Numbered from the whole stretch's first letter, positions 1 to 12,722 are shown. The stretch: 57,759 nucleotides of DNA, filler included, from Diploschistes diacapsis (GCA_023645945.1; 4 parts of 4 records of this genome joined end to end with filler, not necessarily neighbours in it); one strand, 5' to 3'. The notes: generated from the sequence alone by a model not told the origin. Program-made: numbers and translations.

Positions 1-19
1 CCCCCATCCTTCCCTCCCC

Positions 20-3000
20 TTACCGCCCATACTCCAAGCTCGGCACAATGACGGGCCCGTACTTAGTGACCCCGCCATGCGCGCCCTCGCTCTGCACCAT
101 GAAATCTGCCGCCAAGCTCAACCGGCCTCCTCCTCCCCTGCCGCCGGCGCCGGCGCCGGCCATCGCGCCCGCTGTGCCGAACGTGCCCTGCACCGCTTCC
201 GGGTCGTACGCGACGACGGCGACGTAGTTGCGCCGGCCCATGAGCTTCTTGAGGTCCCTGGGCCGGCCGTCGGGCTCGGTCTGGAAGATCTCCATCATGT
301 CCTCCTTCGTGTCGGACGGGGTGGCCGCGCCGCCACCACCAGAAGAGGAACGTTGGCCGTTGGGCGGGACGTAGAGGGGCTTGTTGTTGTGCAGCATCTT
401 GATGATGTACGAGGGCGGCGGGGTGTTGACGACGGAAGAGGAGATGAGCTGGTACATTGTTTTGTGGTCCGAGGGCTTGGCCGGGTCGTGGACCAGCCCG
501 GCGCCGCAGCAGTCGACGCCGCCGGATAGGAAGGTCATGCGGATGGAGCGCTGGTAGGATATACCTTGAAGGGTGCGGATTAGGTAGGTGCGCTCGAGAT
601 CCTGGGGGGTGGTTCGGACGTCAGCTTGGTGTGTCTGGCTTGATGGAAGAGAACGATAGTGAGGAGAGGGAGGCGTGGAAAGAAGAAGAAAAAGAAGGAA
701 TGAGGATGGTCAAGAACCAAGAATGGGAAGAACAGGAAGAATGTTTACCTTCGATTCGTGGGTCCACGAGTCTCGGAACTCGTCCATCATGGCGACGTCG
801 CCGAACGGACTTAGCATGCCGCCCATGAGACCCGTCTTGCCCACCGCCTTCTTGACGTGGTCGAAGCCGCTGCCCACAACGCCTTTGGCACCCACCACGC
901 CTGCGACCGAGCTCGTGACTTTGCCCAGCATGTTGTATGCGCCCGTAACTGCCTTCTTGCCCGTAGCGACGGCTTGGCTGATTTGCTCCACGGCCTCCAG
1001 TCTTGGGTATATCAGGGGAACTGAGATCATCCAGATGCAATGCTGTATACTTCGGGGCAGGAGAGCGACCTTCGGGAAGATGCCCTGGTACGTCGGACCT
1101 GCCATTACCTGATGCTGGTTACGTTCCGATCTGCAGTCGGGTCCAACTACGGCAACAGCAGGCCCGAGGAACTTGACAAAGTGCCACCCAGTGCCCGTGA
1201 TTGTGAATATATCGGTGTCGTTGCTGACTTTTCGAAGCATCTCCAAAGTTGTGTGATGCTGAAATAGTAGATATGTGTCGATGCTTATACGTCCAACGTT
1301 CTTGAAGATTTGGGAGAACTGCATGTATTCCGGGTAAGACCCGAAACCATCGAATCTGAAGGAATGTCAGTAGTGTCCAACAAAGAATAGTTGAAGAGGG
1401 GGGGGGAAGGGGGGGACCTCACATGTCATGATCATCAATTTGGAGAACGTAGGGTATCTGGGCAAAGGCCTCCCGTAGGAAGGGCTGATCGAAGTGGCTA
1501 GTGTAGTAATGAAAGTATGCGTGCGTGACATCCGCTTCGTGACTCGGCGTCCACGGCTCGTTCTTGCGGTTATCTTTGCCCTTTATCGAGAGCCACTGTT
1601 TGAGCAAAGGTATCTCTCGCCAGATCCTATCGGCGTAAATTTGGTCGCCCGTGCCCAGCTGTGCATGGAATCCGCCGCATTCCGCGTGCTTGGACATTAT
1701 GTCTTTCCACATGAACCCGATGCCTCCAACCCGTGCCCGCTCGTTCGGACTCACGTTCAGGTCGAAGTCGTTTCCTGATGTTGCGACGAAGCGCCAGTTC
1801 GTATCGTACCACCCTGCTACGAGAAACTCGTAGCGTGTGCAACCTAGGTGAGAAGTGATGGCATAGGTCCATTTCGCGCTACCATGCTCTTCCATCTGAA
1901 GATCGACGTCGTACCTATAGAAAGTCCAACGCTGGTGCTTTGAGATGGGATTAGCCTTGAGCTGCCGAGGATTCGGCGACAAGTCAAGGCTTTGATGGAT
2001 GTGGATCGTGGGGGCTTGCGGCCCATCCGTGACGAGCATTATGGATCCGAGCCAGAGACCACGCTCCAAGTCCATGTTTATGTACCGTAAATATGGGCCA
2101 AAATAAACGCTGTTTGTGGGTGCAACCTTATAGAGGTCGACGCCGCTGGACGGCGGTGGTCCGGAAAAGCCGGTCACCGTGGGCGTTGTAGTCTGAAAGC
2201 TCATCACACTTTCGGCATACCCTGGGCTTTGAGGACCGAATCCTGGCGAGGCTAGCGGTTTGCCGCCGAAGGTGCTCAGCCCGGGTGACTGCAGCCCACC
2301 GAAGTGACTCACAGCAGGCGAGGCAGGCTCGTTGAGATTCAGAGGAGTCGGGCCTTTAGGAAACTCCCACTGTGTCGACTGCGTTGGGAGATGGATGTAG
2401 TAGTATTGTCCGGAGTTAGGATCGATGTGGGCAATCCATCCTTCTGGTAACGGAGGCGGAGATGCCGGTCCCCCGCCGCTGCTTGCTGGAGTCCCGTCCA
2501 TGTACGCTTGCGAGGCCGGCAAAGGATTCTGGTTGGAAAGTTGAGGAGAGGCTTGGCTCGGTCTTGGGTCATTGGCGTATGCCGGATGTCCTTGGGATCG
2601 AGCACCGTCTTGCTGATGGGTAGGTGTACCTGACGTTCCCCCAGCGATCGCACCCGCCACTCCGACTGCGGTTGCAGCTGCGGCAGCACCTGCCCTTCCT
2701 GTTTGCTTCTCATTCGGATACCCCTGCGCTGTAGTGGAACTAGCTGGTTTGTGAACACTAGAATAAGCAGGCGGAGGCGAGCCAGATACGCGCAGTCGCT
2801 GAATATCCTGCTCCAACGCCGATTGACCCGTTGTTCTCCCTACCGGTGAAGCTGTGGGCCGATTCTGCGCGGGTGGAGATGCTTGACCTGGCCCTTGGTA
2901 GACCGTTGGAGGCCCATGCGGAGCGCTTCCTGGCTGTTCAGTAGGAGTCCACGGCCGTTGGGGGGGTTCTTGTTGGGCTTGTTGGGGAGTTGGTCGGTTC

Positions 3001-3797
3001 GAGGGCTGAGGCCCGTACTGGTTTGCCCTTTGGGCTGCAGCATACCTTGCCTCTATGCCACCACCAGGCTGCTCATCAGGCGGTACGATGGGAGTCTCGG
3101 GAGGAGGCGGCGAGCCCCTTTGTGCACGAGTTGTTGATACTGAAGCCACGGACCCAAATCTGTTAACAGCAGCGGGAGCAGCTAGGTTGTTGCTTGGCGT
3201 AGCAGAGCTGGAAGAGCCCCCTGGAGGAGGATAATACTGTTGCTTGTAGTCGTAGCCGGAGGATGGTTGTTGCGGCTTCACCGCAGCCGCAGCAATATTT
3301 GCAGGAGTTCCGTCTCTTCTCGGCGGTTTTTGGAACAATCCTTCCCTATCAGGCGAAACTGATCCGGGGGAATCTGGCAGAGGATTGGGCGCATTTCCTC
3401 TTCGTTCGGCAAGTTTGGAGGTCTGCACTTGAGGGCGAGGGTATTCGGCAATTCTAGGTCTCGAGTTTACGCTCGTGGAGCTAGGTGGAGAGAAGTGAGG
3501 CGAAGGCCTTGATGTAGCCCGAGGCTCCTCGTCCGGATACGGTAGTCGGGAATTGTTTGTTCGAGCAGGACGGTCATCTGGATATGGCAGTTGGCCAGGG
3601 TGGCCAGCACCCGGGGGAGGGGAGTATCTCCTCGGCGGATTCGTGCGCTGGCTTGCGGCAGAAGCTGTGCGAGGCTCTGGGGAAGCTTCGTCCCGCTTGT
3701 TGATGCGCAATGGCTCTATTGTGGGTGAATCCGGTTGGGTAGGCCGGTCAAAGAACATTTCATGTCCCGGACTCCTGGGCAGTCTCTTATTTGACAT
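20..3797 (-). CDS. WW-domain / PhoD-like metallophosphatase-domain protein; 3 exons (3797-1423, 1355-749, 601-20)
   Basis: Pro/Ser-rich N-terminus. WW domain LPEGWIAHIDPNSGQYYYIHLPTQSTQWEFP. PhoD-type motifs GDQIYAD and DDHD-IFDGFGSY, the latter rebuilt across the GTGAGG..CTGAC..TTCAG intron. The second intron (GTAAAC..CTGAC..CCCAG) joins HESK to DLERTYLIRTLQ in frame. Confidence 0.88.
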
Positions 3798-4471
3798 CGT
3801 GGAGGCGGTCGATGTGCGAAGTAGGGGAGCCTTGGTCGGATGCGCTTACGCCTCGAGGTTCCTGCGGAGAAGGCGATGGCGGGTTGAAGTTGACGCTATA
3901 TAGAGCTATAGAAGTCAAAAGTGAGACTCGGACGGGGAAAGGTTGTTGACGCACGAGGTAACTAATGGAAAATGAAGAGTGGCAGCTGCATGCGACTGGA
4001 TCAAAGGGCTGGTCTTTAACTCGTTAAGGGCGGGATGTTTGCTCGTAGACCCCCGTTTTAAGCGCCGTGTCGTTTGGGTTGGGATTTGTCCAACCACCAG
4101 CTTCCAACCTGTCGTGTTCCAAAGTCTCGCAAAAATCCGGAGAGACTAGAGATGAATATCGTGACTTATGAAGCAGCTACTGAGGGGAAGAATCTGAGGG
4201 AGGTAATACAGCTTGTGACTGCTTAATTTTGAAGTTGGAAATGCTTCTCTGGTGAAAGGAAAGCCAAAGGGAGTGTCCATTGAGACAAGATCGAAAGCCG
4301 TACGATGATTTAGGAAGAGCATAACGTATAGAGTAATATACACGGAAGTCATAGCTGCAAGGAAAATAGGTCCCTCAATCTCCAATTTACGTCAAGAGCA
4401 GATCCAAGAATGTCCTGGTCCCTTATAATCGCTGAACGGTCTACCCCTTCAAGCCATTTAAACTTTTCACA

Positions 4472-5162
4472 TCAATTCTGTATCTTTGCCTTTGCCTGAT
4501 TTGTCAATACCTTCGCTTCCTCGACCACATGCTTCCCCTCCTCTTTCAGTTCCGCCACGCCGCTCTTTGCCTGATCCGCCAACCGCGTTTCCCTGCCTCC
4601 TCCACTGTAAGGTAAAGAGTTTCAGTACGAACGTGGGCAAGCGCATCGCTTTGCACATCAAGAGGGGAACTAGCGGGGCCACTTACTACCAGTAGTTCTG
4701 CCACCTGTAGAGCTGCGTGCACTGTGCGCTGAAGTTGGTGAGATGGCAGGCGAGAAGGAGGTAGTTCTTCGGCGTCACGGCCATTGCGTAGCGGGAAAAG
4801 GTCGCAGAGTAGATGGCGAGCGTGCCGGTCATTGTTCCCGAGATGCTGTTGTAGCATGACATATGTTAGCACGAGCTCTCATGCCCCGACACACACCAGC
4901 GCCCTCTTGCGAAGGAAGGGGGGGGGGGGGGGGTGTGGCAACTAACATTTCGGGATCTTTCCGTGTGTCCATGACTGCGGCGATGGGAATACCGAAGTTG
5001 GAGACTGGGCCCCAGAAGTCTTGTGGTGGTCAGCATGCGCCAAATTGGCCATGGGGAGCAGCGGACGATGATGCTGTGGGAACACTGACGGGTCGAGCAG
5101 ACGTAGTCGAGGACCGGGTTTGCTCTTATTTTGGCGTTAATGGCTTTGATTGCGACGGCCAT
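4472..5162 (-). CDS. MPC1: Mitochondrial pyruvate carrier subunit 1; 4 exons
   Basis: Spliced product MAVAIKAINAKIRANPVLDYVCSTHFWGPVSNFGIPIAAVMDTRKDPEIISGTMTGTLAIYSATFSRYAMAVTPKNYLLLACHLTN... carries the MPC signature STHFWGP. Stop TGA at 4472-4474. Confidence 0.95.
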
Positions 5163-5803
5163 CGTTCTAACGAATTCTAGATGGAGCTATCTGGAGGTAG
5201 GTTGCAGAGGTGTTGTTGGTTGCGCCAGTTCCGTTATTTGGGCTTTACTGAGGTCCGTAGTATCTCAGTTTCTTCCTCCGACAATCGGATGCCTCTGCCG
5301 CGTCACGTGCGCGTCTTATTCAACCCTCATTCCTTTAGGGAAACTATCAAGCAAGTTCGCTTGAAGATTTCACAAAAGAGTCTTGGTGTAGTTATCATAA
5401 GCATTCAGTTCAGACGGTCCATTTGAAGCTGCACGAAAAGCCTACAGTTTTCCAACCGAAGTTCTAAAATCAGCTTAGGTAGACACTGACGAGAGTAGCG
5501 TCGGGTCAATAATTGTTAGACCACTAGCTAGATATTCAAAATACCACGACGATATCAATAAAGTGTGTAGCCCAGTATTTTGTCCGCCTCTGCGGCCATC
5601 CGACAAGCTCGTAATTCCGCAACATCCTCCGCGAGCTGTGGGCTGTGCCCTGCAAAGGCCGCCCTTCCTCTCTATCTCCTCTCCATCCCTTCATGTCTTC
5701 CGAGTCCCGGTTAAAGTCTTGTCTGCAGGACGTCTCGATGAGCTTGCGATACTCACGCGCCTAAAGAGCTGATACTACGCTGTACCCGTTGAAGCACATC
5801 TGC

Positions 5804-6773
5804 TTATCGTCCGCCTCCGAACCCAGGCGGGAAAGCTCGGCCACCACCAGGCGGGCCTTGGAATCCAGGCGGAGGTTGAAAGCCTTGCGCTGTAGAGCAG
5901 ATTAGCCACATTGAAAGGTAGAATAGAGGGGAAAGGTTGCTGACGTGGCGCGAATCCAGGCGGCGGTCCTCCAAATCCACCAGCTTGAGGTCTGATCAGC
6001 ATCTCGCGACGTGCACGGCGGGAGTCTCTGAACTTACGTGGTCCTCCAGGTGGCCCTCCACCCCTGCCGGGGAATCCGGGCGGTGGTGCTCCACCAGGGA
6101 ATCCTCCAGGGGGGAACCCGCCGAAGCCTCCAGGCGGCGGCGGTCCTCCAACGCCAGCAGCAGGTCCCGTCAGACCTACCGGCAAGCCTCTGCCCGCCGG
6201 TCTGCTGATCCCGGGCCCAGACGCCAGCGTCGGTGGAGCACCTGCTCCACCCGGCGCACTCGCTCCCAGCCTAGACGCAGGGTCGGCAGGCGGCGGGCCG
6301 TCGACGGAGCAGGAGATGATGTGGGTGCCGCGGACAATGGCCAAGCCCAGCGTTCGCTTTTCTTCCGACTCGACGAGGGCAGGTGCGCTAGCACCGGGGG
6401 GTTGGGTGCCTTTGCCGGGTTTTCGCTTGACGCGACGGAATTCCTCTGTGTCCGCAAGGACAAGATTCATATGCTGCCCAATGTAAGCAAAGGCGAGATT
6501 GCAGAAGCTCAACTTTCTCACCTTGTCGAAAGCCAACATCTGCCCAGTCATCTGGCGCCCATCATTTAACGTAACCCTCATCCTGTAATTGATCTGGATA
6601 CATCTCGTCAGCCCATCGAGATCGGTGGTGTTGGGAAAACGAGCTCAAGCTACGGATCAACAACGTACGAGGTTTGCCTACACCGCCGGTCAGCTATGCG
6701 AGTCAACAAGATGCCATATGAAGGCTGTGGGAGGACGCGTGCTCACCATTTTGCCCTGCTTGTTCGCCGCCAT
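5804..6773 (-). CDS. SMB1: Spliceosomal Sm core protein B/B'; 6 exons including a 9-nt micro-exon
   Basis: MAANKQGKM|ANL|INYRMRVTLNDGRQMTGQMLAFDK|HMNLVLADTEEFRR...EEKRTLGLAIVRG gives the Sm1/Sm2 motifs, followed by a Gly/Pro-rich PPPGF tail ending GGGR-TAA. Confidence 0.95.
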
Positions 6774-7451
6774 TTTTGCGATACTGCCGTGAGAGCGCGA
6801 CTATTTCTCTTGGGGTAACACTGCACAACCCGGATATGCTCGATTGTGGCCTTAAGATTGTGGAATTACAGTTGCACAAATAGGAAGCTTGGATTCTTCG
6901 GCACAAGAAAGCAAGCTGTCGGAGTAAAAAACATCGTGCCAAGCCCGAGCCCTTGCAGAAGGTAGAACTTCCTGGGCTTTCACTTTACCCCATAAAACCT
7001 GATGTATCTTTAGGCTTCATTTCAAGGAGCACTAGACGAGCTGCCAAGGCTCTATTCACAGTTATCTCCGCCTTTACCCATGTTTGCTTCGGTAAGCTGG
7101 GGTCTCGATACGACACTGCGCTGCTTGTGAGAGACATTGGGATGGAGTCAAAGCTTAGAAGAACTCCAAGCCGGATCTACTTCAATAGCGACAGTATTTG
7201 AGGTTAAAGTGAGGTTTTGTTCTATATGTACAGATTGAGGAGGTTAGCCGTGGGGGGTCTGGTGCGGCGACAAGGGGATTCGCGTAGCTTGGCCGCCATT
7301 CCCTAGCAGATGCATCTGAGCTCGAGGCCAGACGAACTCCCAGAGCACACGGGGCAATTCGAGGTATTAGGCCAGACCCTTTGTATTATCCTCTTTTCCG
7401 TCATCCGTCCCTCCCATAACGAGGCCGTGGTTTGTAGAAGTAGTCAATAAT

Positions 7452-8218
7452 CTATTCTATCTTTTCTACCTTCTGTCCACCCTTGGTGTCCTTCCACTCT
7501 GGCCTTTCCTTCGGGTCAGCTCTCGCAATTACTTTCGTCCTATGAGAGGTACGTTAGCAAGGGCCTCTAAAACGTAGGCTTACGAGCGCAATGAGTTCCT
7601 AAAACTTCCAAGATCCGCAAGCCTAGCTGCTTCCGTCTCTTTAAACACAATTCCGTGGGACAAGGGGGACAGGGGGCCAATCCATCCCCAGCTTGGGCCC
7701 CGTCCCCGATAAAAGATGAGTTCACCGGCCAGTCACTAATGAGCCAAATTGAGAACTTTCACATACCCTCCCAGCATTTCCCCCGCCTGGTCCCTGAATT
7801 CCTTATCCCCAAAGCCGGTGCTCCCGTGATTCCTTCCCTTTGCGTTGTGCTGGTCTCCCCTCGGGCTCGCGACGCCTGGGGTGTAGTCCGGCCCGGCACC
7901 GCCGGAGGTGAAGCGCTTCTCTATGTTTGACACGCCGGGCGTCTTGATTAGGTCGGTGGGCTTTCGCTTGCTGGAGCCGGAGAGGGCGTAGGCGCCGTAG
8001 GCGAGCGCACCTGGGGGAATTTGTTAGTTATAAGGAAAGAGAGCGGGTGGAGGAGGGTCGAGGATCAGCAAGGAGTTTGGGGATGGAAACTGTGGTAGAA
8101 AATGCTGTAGCATTTGACAGGTGTCAAGCTGTTGTGGCGTGGAAGAGATGACTAGATTTTTGTTTGGAGCGAGCATACCAATTCCGACTGCGCCAATGAC
8201 CCTGTTCCTTGTTGCCAT
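7452..8218 (-). CDS. Small uncharacterised fungal protein with an N-terminal hydrophobic segment (about 125 aa, 3 exons)
   Basis: MATRNRVIGAVGI|GALAYGAYALSG...KTPGVSNIEKRFTSGGAGPDYTPGVASPRG...EMLG|GTKVIARADPKERPEWKDTKGGQKVEKIE*. Canonical GTATGC/GTATGT donors and CTAAC branch sites keep the frame. Confidence 0.65.
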
Positions 8219-8805
8219 CTTTTAGTGTGAATGGATGACGGCCAGGTGTACCTCGAGAGGTATTGGAAATGAGGGAGAGCTTTCGCAAGCAACAGTCAAG
8301 AAGAATTTAACTCAGCTTCCGTTCATCAACGTCACCACCATCCGTTATAGCAAAAGCTTAGCTGGCTCTAGTGGGGCTGCCGATCATAGCAGTGACCCCG
8401 GGTGGGGGCACGTTTTGGCTGAGGCGGAGATGTTCTGTCCTATCTTATCAATCTGAGCGAGCACGAGAGCACGAGAAGATATATGATATACTAAACTTAT
8501 ACGTTCATTGCACACACTTTCACGGAAAATGTATGTATTTCATGTCTTTGTGACTAGTAATAAAAGAGCTGCAACCGCCCCTGCTATACGCCACCATGCG
8601 AGCAACCAGCGAGCACCACTGTGTGCTCATTGTACCACCCCACCCCACCCGACCTGACCTGACCTTGAACAATGCGATATCGAAGAGGGAAAGGCCAATC
8701 CATAGCCTCGGAACTAGCCCGGTGGTGAGCATCCATAGCGTATGGCATCTCAGCCAAGCACAGCCCACAGCAAGAGACGCCAGCCGCCGATCCGAACCAA
8801 ACACA

Positions 8806-9168
8806 CTACGACCCCTTTGTAAACTTGTTCCACATGGCTCCCAACATCCCAGGCGCTGGCTTCTGGTCGTCCCATGATGCCCTTCTCGCAGCCGCAGCGG
8901 CGTCGGTGGAGTTACGCTTCTGGTTCATCAAGCCGGCATAGCGAGTCGGTGACTTCGGCTCGCCACGGGAGCTAGTAGAAGCCTATGTATGAGGGAGCAG
9001 GGTTAGCATGTGCATGGTGCATGGTAGTCGTGTGGAATGCTAGATGGAGTAGAGCTTGACCGGAAATAGATATGTAGATTGGTACTATCGGCATGAAGAA
9101 CGTACCCGACGCTTGTCACCGCCGAAGCCGTTGATAACGTCCTTGGTAGAGTTGTTTCCGGCAGACAT
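8806..9168 (-). CDS. Small hydrophilic protein resembling the fungal 'conidiation-specific expression protein' family; 2 exons
   Basis: MSAGNNSTKDVINGFGGDKRR|ASTSSRGEPKSPTRYAGLMNQKRNSTDAAAAARRASWDDQKPAPGMLGAMWNKFTKGS*, with intron GTACGT..GCTAAC..CATAG. The QKRNS..RRAS..Q...G..G.MW motif is typical of that family. Confidence 0.75.
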
Positions 9169-10281
9169 TGTTGCTGTAGATAGTCTGATGAAAGGGGTGT
9201 TGTGTGTTGTGTATGGCTGGGCTGTATTGAGTAACAGAGTAGTGTATGTTTTTATAGTCAACTCCACGCTCCAGCTCCAGCTCCAGATTGGTGGGGGACG
9301 AACTTCACTTCGTCATTGACTCCAATTGTCATCGTCATTGCATTATTTATCCGACGGTTTCAAACGGCCCGTGATTGGATCGCTAATCCTATCGCTCTTT
9401 GTCCGCCTCCTGCGTTGGGAGAAAGGTGAGGAGTCTGTGTACATGTATAGCATAGAACGCGCATGAACAGATAAATAGTAGGATTACGGCACCTAGCAGG
9501 CCCGGAGAGGGATGTCAAATTCTATTCTATAGAAGAGACTGATCAAGAGAATTGCCATAAAAAGGGCTCCATAATCATTCCGTATCTGTATAACAGAGAT
9601 AGGTCGAATCGATAAAGCTTCTTTACAACTACGGGAGACAAACGAGGACGTGTTGAAGTATATGCTTTGGAGAAAGTCGTACACACTATGAGGCACATCA
9701 CATTTGATAGTCAGTTCTCACTCGGCACGCACGATACACTGCTATATAACAGTTTGCAATGCATCATAATCTACCACTACTGCTGGTTGGATTAGGTAGG
9801 GTCAAGTGTCCGATGCCAACAAGCAACAACATGGGCAATCCATCATGCACCCCCCTCGACACCAGCGAGTCTGTGTATTGGCAGCAGCGCCAATACACAG
9901 ACGTGCCAAGGTATGGCAGTCAACTGAACTATCAAGTTGGTCGTCCAAAGGGTGATAGTGCCAAAGCAGAACAAACATGCATGCAAGCATAGCCTCAATG
10001 GCCAAACAAGTTGGAACAAAGTGCCGAAGACCGGGACAACTAATGAGCCAGTTAAGGCCCCAGTGTCGACCAAGCCAATGAAGCCGGTGGGTCAACGGTA
10101 GTTCTTGAGAACCAAAGACGCGAGAAAATTCCCCACAGAAGACATCGTGAGCCACTTAAGCACCTTGCTGAAACCGAATTACCACCGAGCGCCTTGATAA
10201 TCCAATCTTGGAAGTAAAACTTGCGCAGTCGAGGAGAAGGCGCACAAAATCGTAGCTGTCAAGGTAATCAGGCAAGTTGCT

Positions 10282-11972
10282 TCAGTTGTCAACCGTGACG
10301 TCGACCCGAGTGTGCACGTTAAACACAAGGCCGATTGGCACGTTGGCACCAGTGTTTGTCACGGTGCTGGGAATGGACACGTTTGCGACATCGTCCATGA
10401 AGTCTTCAGATCCGTGCTCACTCCCACTCTCGATGTAATCGTCGTCGTCGTCGTCCACCTTTGCATAGGCGAGGCGGACATTGTTGAGCAGCTGCATCAT
10501 GTCCACATCGAGAGTGCCATTGAGATGCATGTCACGCATCCAATTGTCGAGCTTGTAAATTGCGTGATCACGGAGCTCATTGAATGGCGACTGATCTGGA
10601 GCGGCCGCCAGAATCTTCGCACGGTGTGCATCCAACTGAGTGGCAGCATCGAAGACGGAATTGCATTCGAGTCGGCGCAGCATTTGTTTAAATGCAATAA
10701 CCGCGTCTGCGGCTAGGTAGGGGACTTCGTAGCATCGTGCAATAAAGTACATGCCGGCATGGTCAGCCAAGGTAAGCTGATCGCGGACACGGTATTGGTT
10801 CCGATACTCAACGGGAGCATTGTTGGCAAACTGGACATCTTGAGCTGTACGAAGCTCGAGAGCCTTCTTCATGGCATCGGAGTAGCTAATGTTATGAATC
10901 CATTGAACAAACGCCTCGACATGGACCCATTGGTTGGCGCAAATGTCAGCGCGGGACTGCAGATCGCTCCAAACCTACATCTGAGATTAGCTGGAACCTC
11001 GAGCTCGTGCTGGGTAACTCACATAATCCGGGTCTTCATCAGCCGCAACGAAATGTCTGCTGAACCAAGCGGAAACTTCAGCCAAGTAAACGCGGTCAAG
11101 TTCCCATTGACGGTCGCTGCACTCCAGAGTGTAGTTGCCGTCTACACCATTTTCGAACATCCTAGGGAAGTCCGCGTAAGTCCAACGTCATCTGATCAGC
11201 GTTACGGCACGACGACTTACTCGAGAGTAGCCTCCTCATGGGGGGGACCCGGCTCCCAATATTCAGACTGCTCAGACTGCTCAGACTCATTGCCGTCAGA
11301 AAGAACATCGACTTCGCCTTCACTCTCATTGGCAGTGGTCTCGCCAGCATCAAGATCTTCGTCCGAGCCGACTTCAGTTTTGTCATCAGACAGAGCGGCT
11401 CCATTACCATCTTCAACGTCCGCGAGAGACTGGCTTGACGAAGCATTTCCAGCTAAGGTAACATCGACTTCACCGTGAATCTGATTGGCGCAGACATGGG
11501 GACCAAAGTCGGGAACAGGAAGGAAAACAGGGAAGTTAGGGTTAGCAATATTGGCGTTGTTGAAGTCAAACGCGAAGTCTGGAGGAGTAATAGTAGAAAT
11601 CGGCGCAGTACGATGCACATCGTAGAGCGTTTCTTGAAGAATCAAGTCAGTCAAGAAGCCCCTGCACGAGGGTTCTCACTTACCGTGCATTGGTGCAATA
11701 ACATTTTGGTTGAACATAGTAGAGTTACCATTTTCGATTGCTCGTTGGGCAGGTGCGAGGCGAGGGGAATGACCGCCCTCTGCCTGCCGTTTTGCGGCTT
11801 TGTTTGCTAAAGCACCATTGAGACATCCAACAGTAACAGGATTAGTGTTGACAGAGAACAATTGATCGTTAGTATTTTTCACGTTGTCGAACGACCATAG
11901 AGGAACAGTGATGGCATTGTCCATTGGGGCACTTCCTTCGGGAGGCGCTGTCTTGGACTCTGCTTCATTCAT
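10282..11972 (-). CDS. Divergent BTB/POZ-like domain protein with acidic N- and C-terminal tracts; 4 exons
   Basis: Three introns (GTAAGT, GTAAGT, GTGAGT) give an open frame. Exon 3, EMFENGVDGNYTLECSDRQWELDRVYLAEVSAWFSRHF, matches the BTB start pattern. Exon 4 has VEAFVQWIH and HAGMYFIARCYEVPYL, which resemble the BTB C-terminal helices. Confidence 0.6.
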
Positions 11973-12722
11973 TTTTTTTCGTGATGCTACACTGATAGCT
12001 TGTTGCAAGATACAAGGACTTGATGCGTTTCTAGCGTGAGACTGACAAGCACTAGAGAGAACAGTTGAACGAGAGCTCTTTGAGAGTTGGTTTGAATACC
12101 GGAAAGGATTTTGGGGGATCGAAGGGTAGGTGAAGAGAAAGAGTTAGGAAAGGAAATTAAGGCCTGAGTTTTATAGTAGAGCTAAATGGGGGTAAACCTT
12201 TTTAGGGCATGGGAATAGGAGATGTTCAGCCTTCGACTGCTCCCGCCCTTGAACCTAATTTGCAAGGTTCATGTGATCCCACAGAAATGACTCCTTCATC
12301 GGAGGTCGACAGCGGGGCGAGCAGGGGGTAAAGCAGATATTTTGATAGGAATGTTGGGGGCCAAACAGGCAAAGACATCCGGTGACACGTAAAAGACAAG
12401 CCGTCTCCGTAAACAGTAAACACTTGGCTGTGGGCGGAGGTGGGACGCACGTTGAACGCACGCTGAACGCACCTGTTATTTACCATGTATGTAGTATGAT
12501 GGCGGGTAGTGTCAGACCTCAAAAGATGACATCAATTGTGTTAGTGGTTGCCGAATTGGGGAGACGTGCGTTTGAAGTTGGCACCCTTAGGACTTGCTGC
12601 CATGTCAACCAAAGCGGTAGCTTCTTTTTCCCCCTATAGTCAAGTCTTCATGTCCAAGAGCTGGAATCCTGGACAGTCTGGATTGCCAAAGTGCTGCCAA
12701 GAGGATAGTTGACAGAAAGAAG

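Noticed and set aside
4605..4690. Possible stwintron at MPC1 intron 3 (GTA-GTAAGT)
   Set aside because: A single splice at GTAAGT already gives the expected YWYGGGRE C-terminus.
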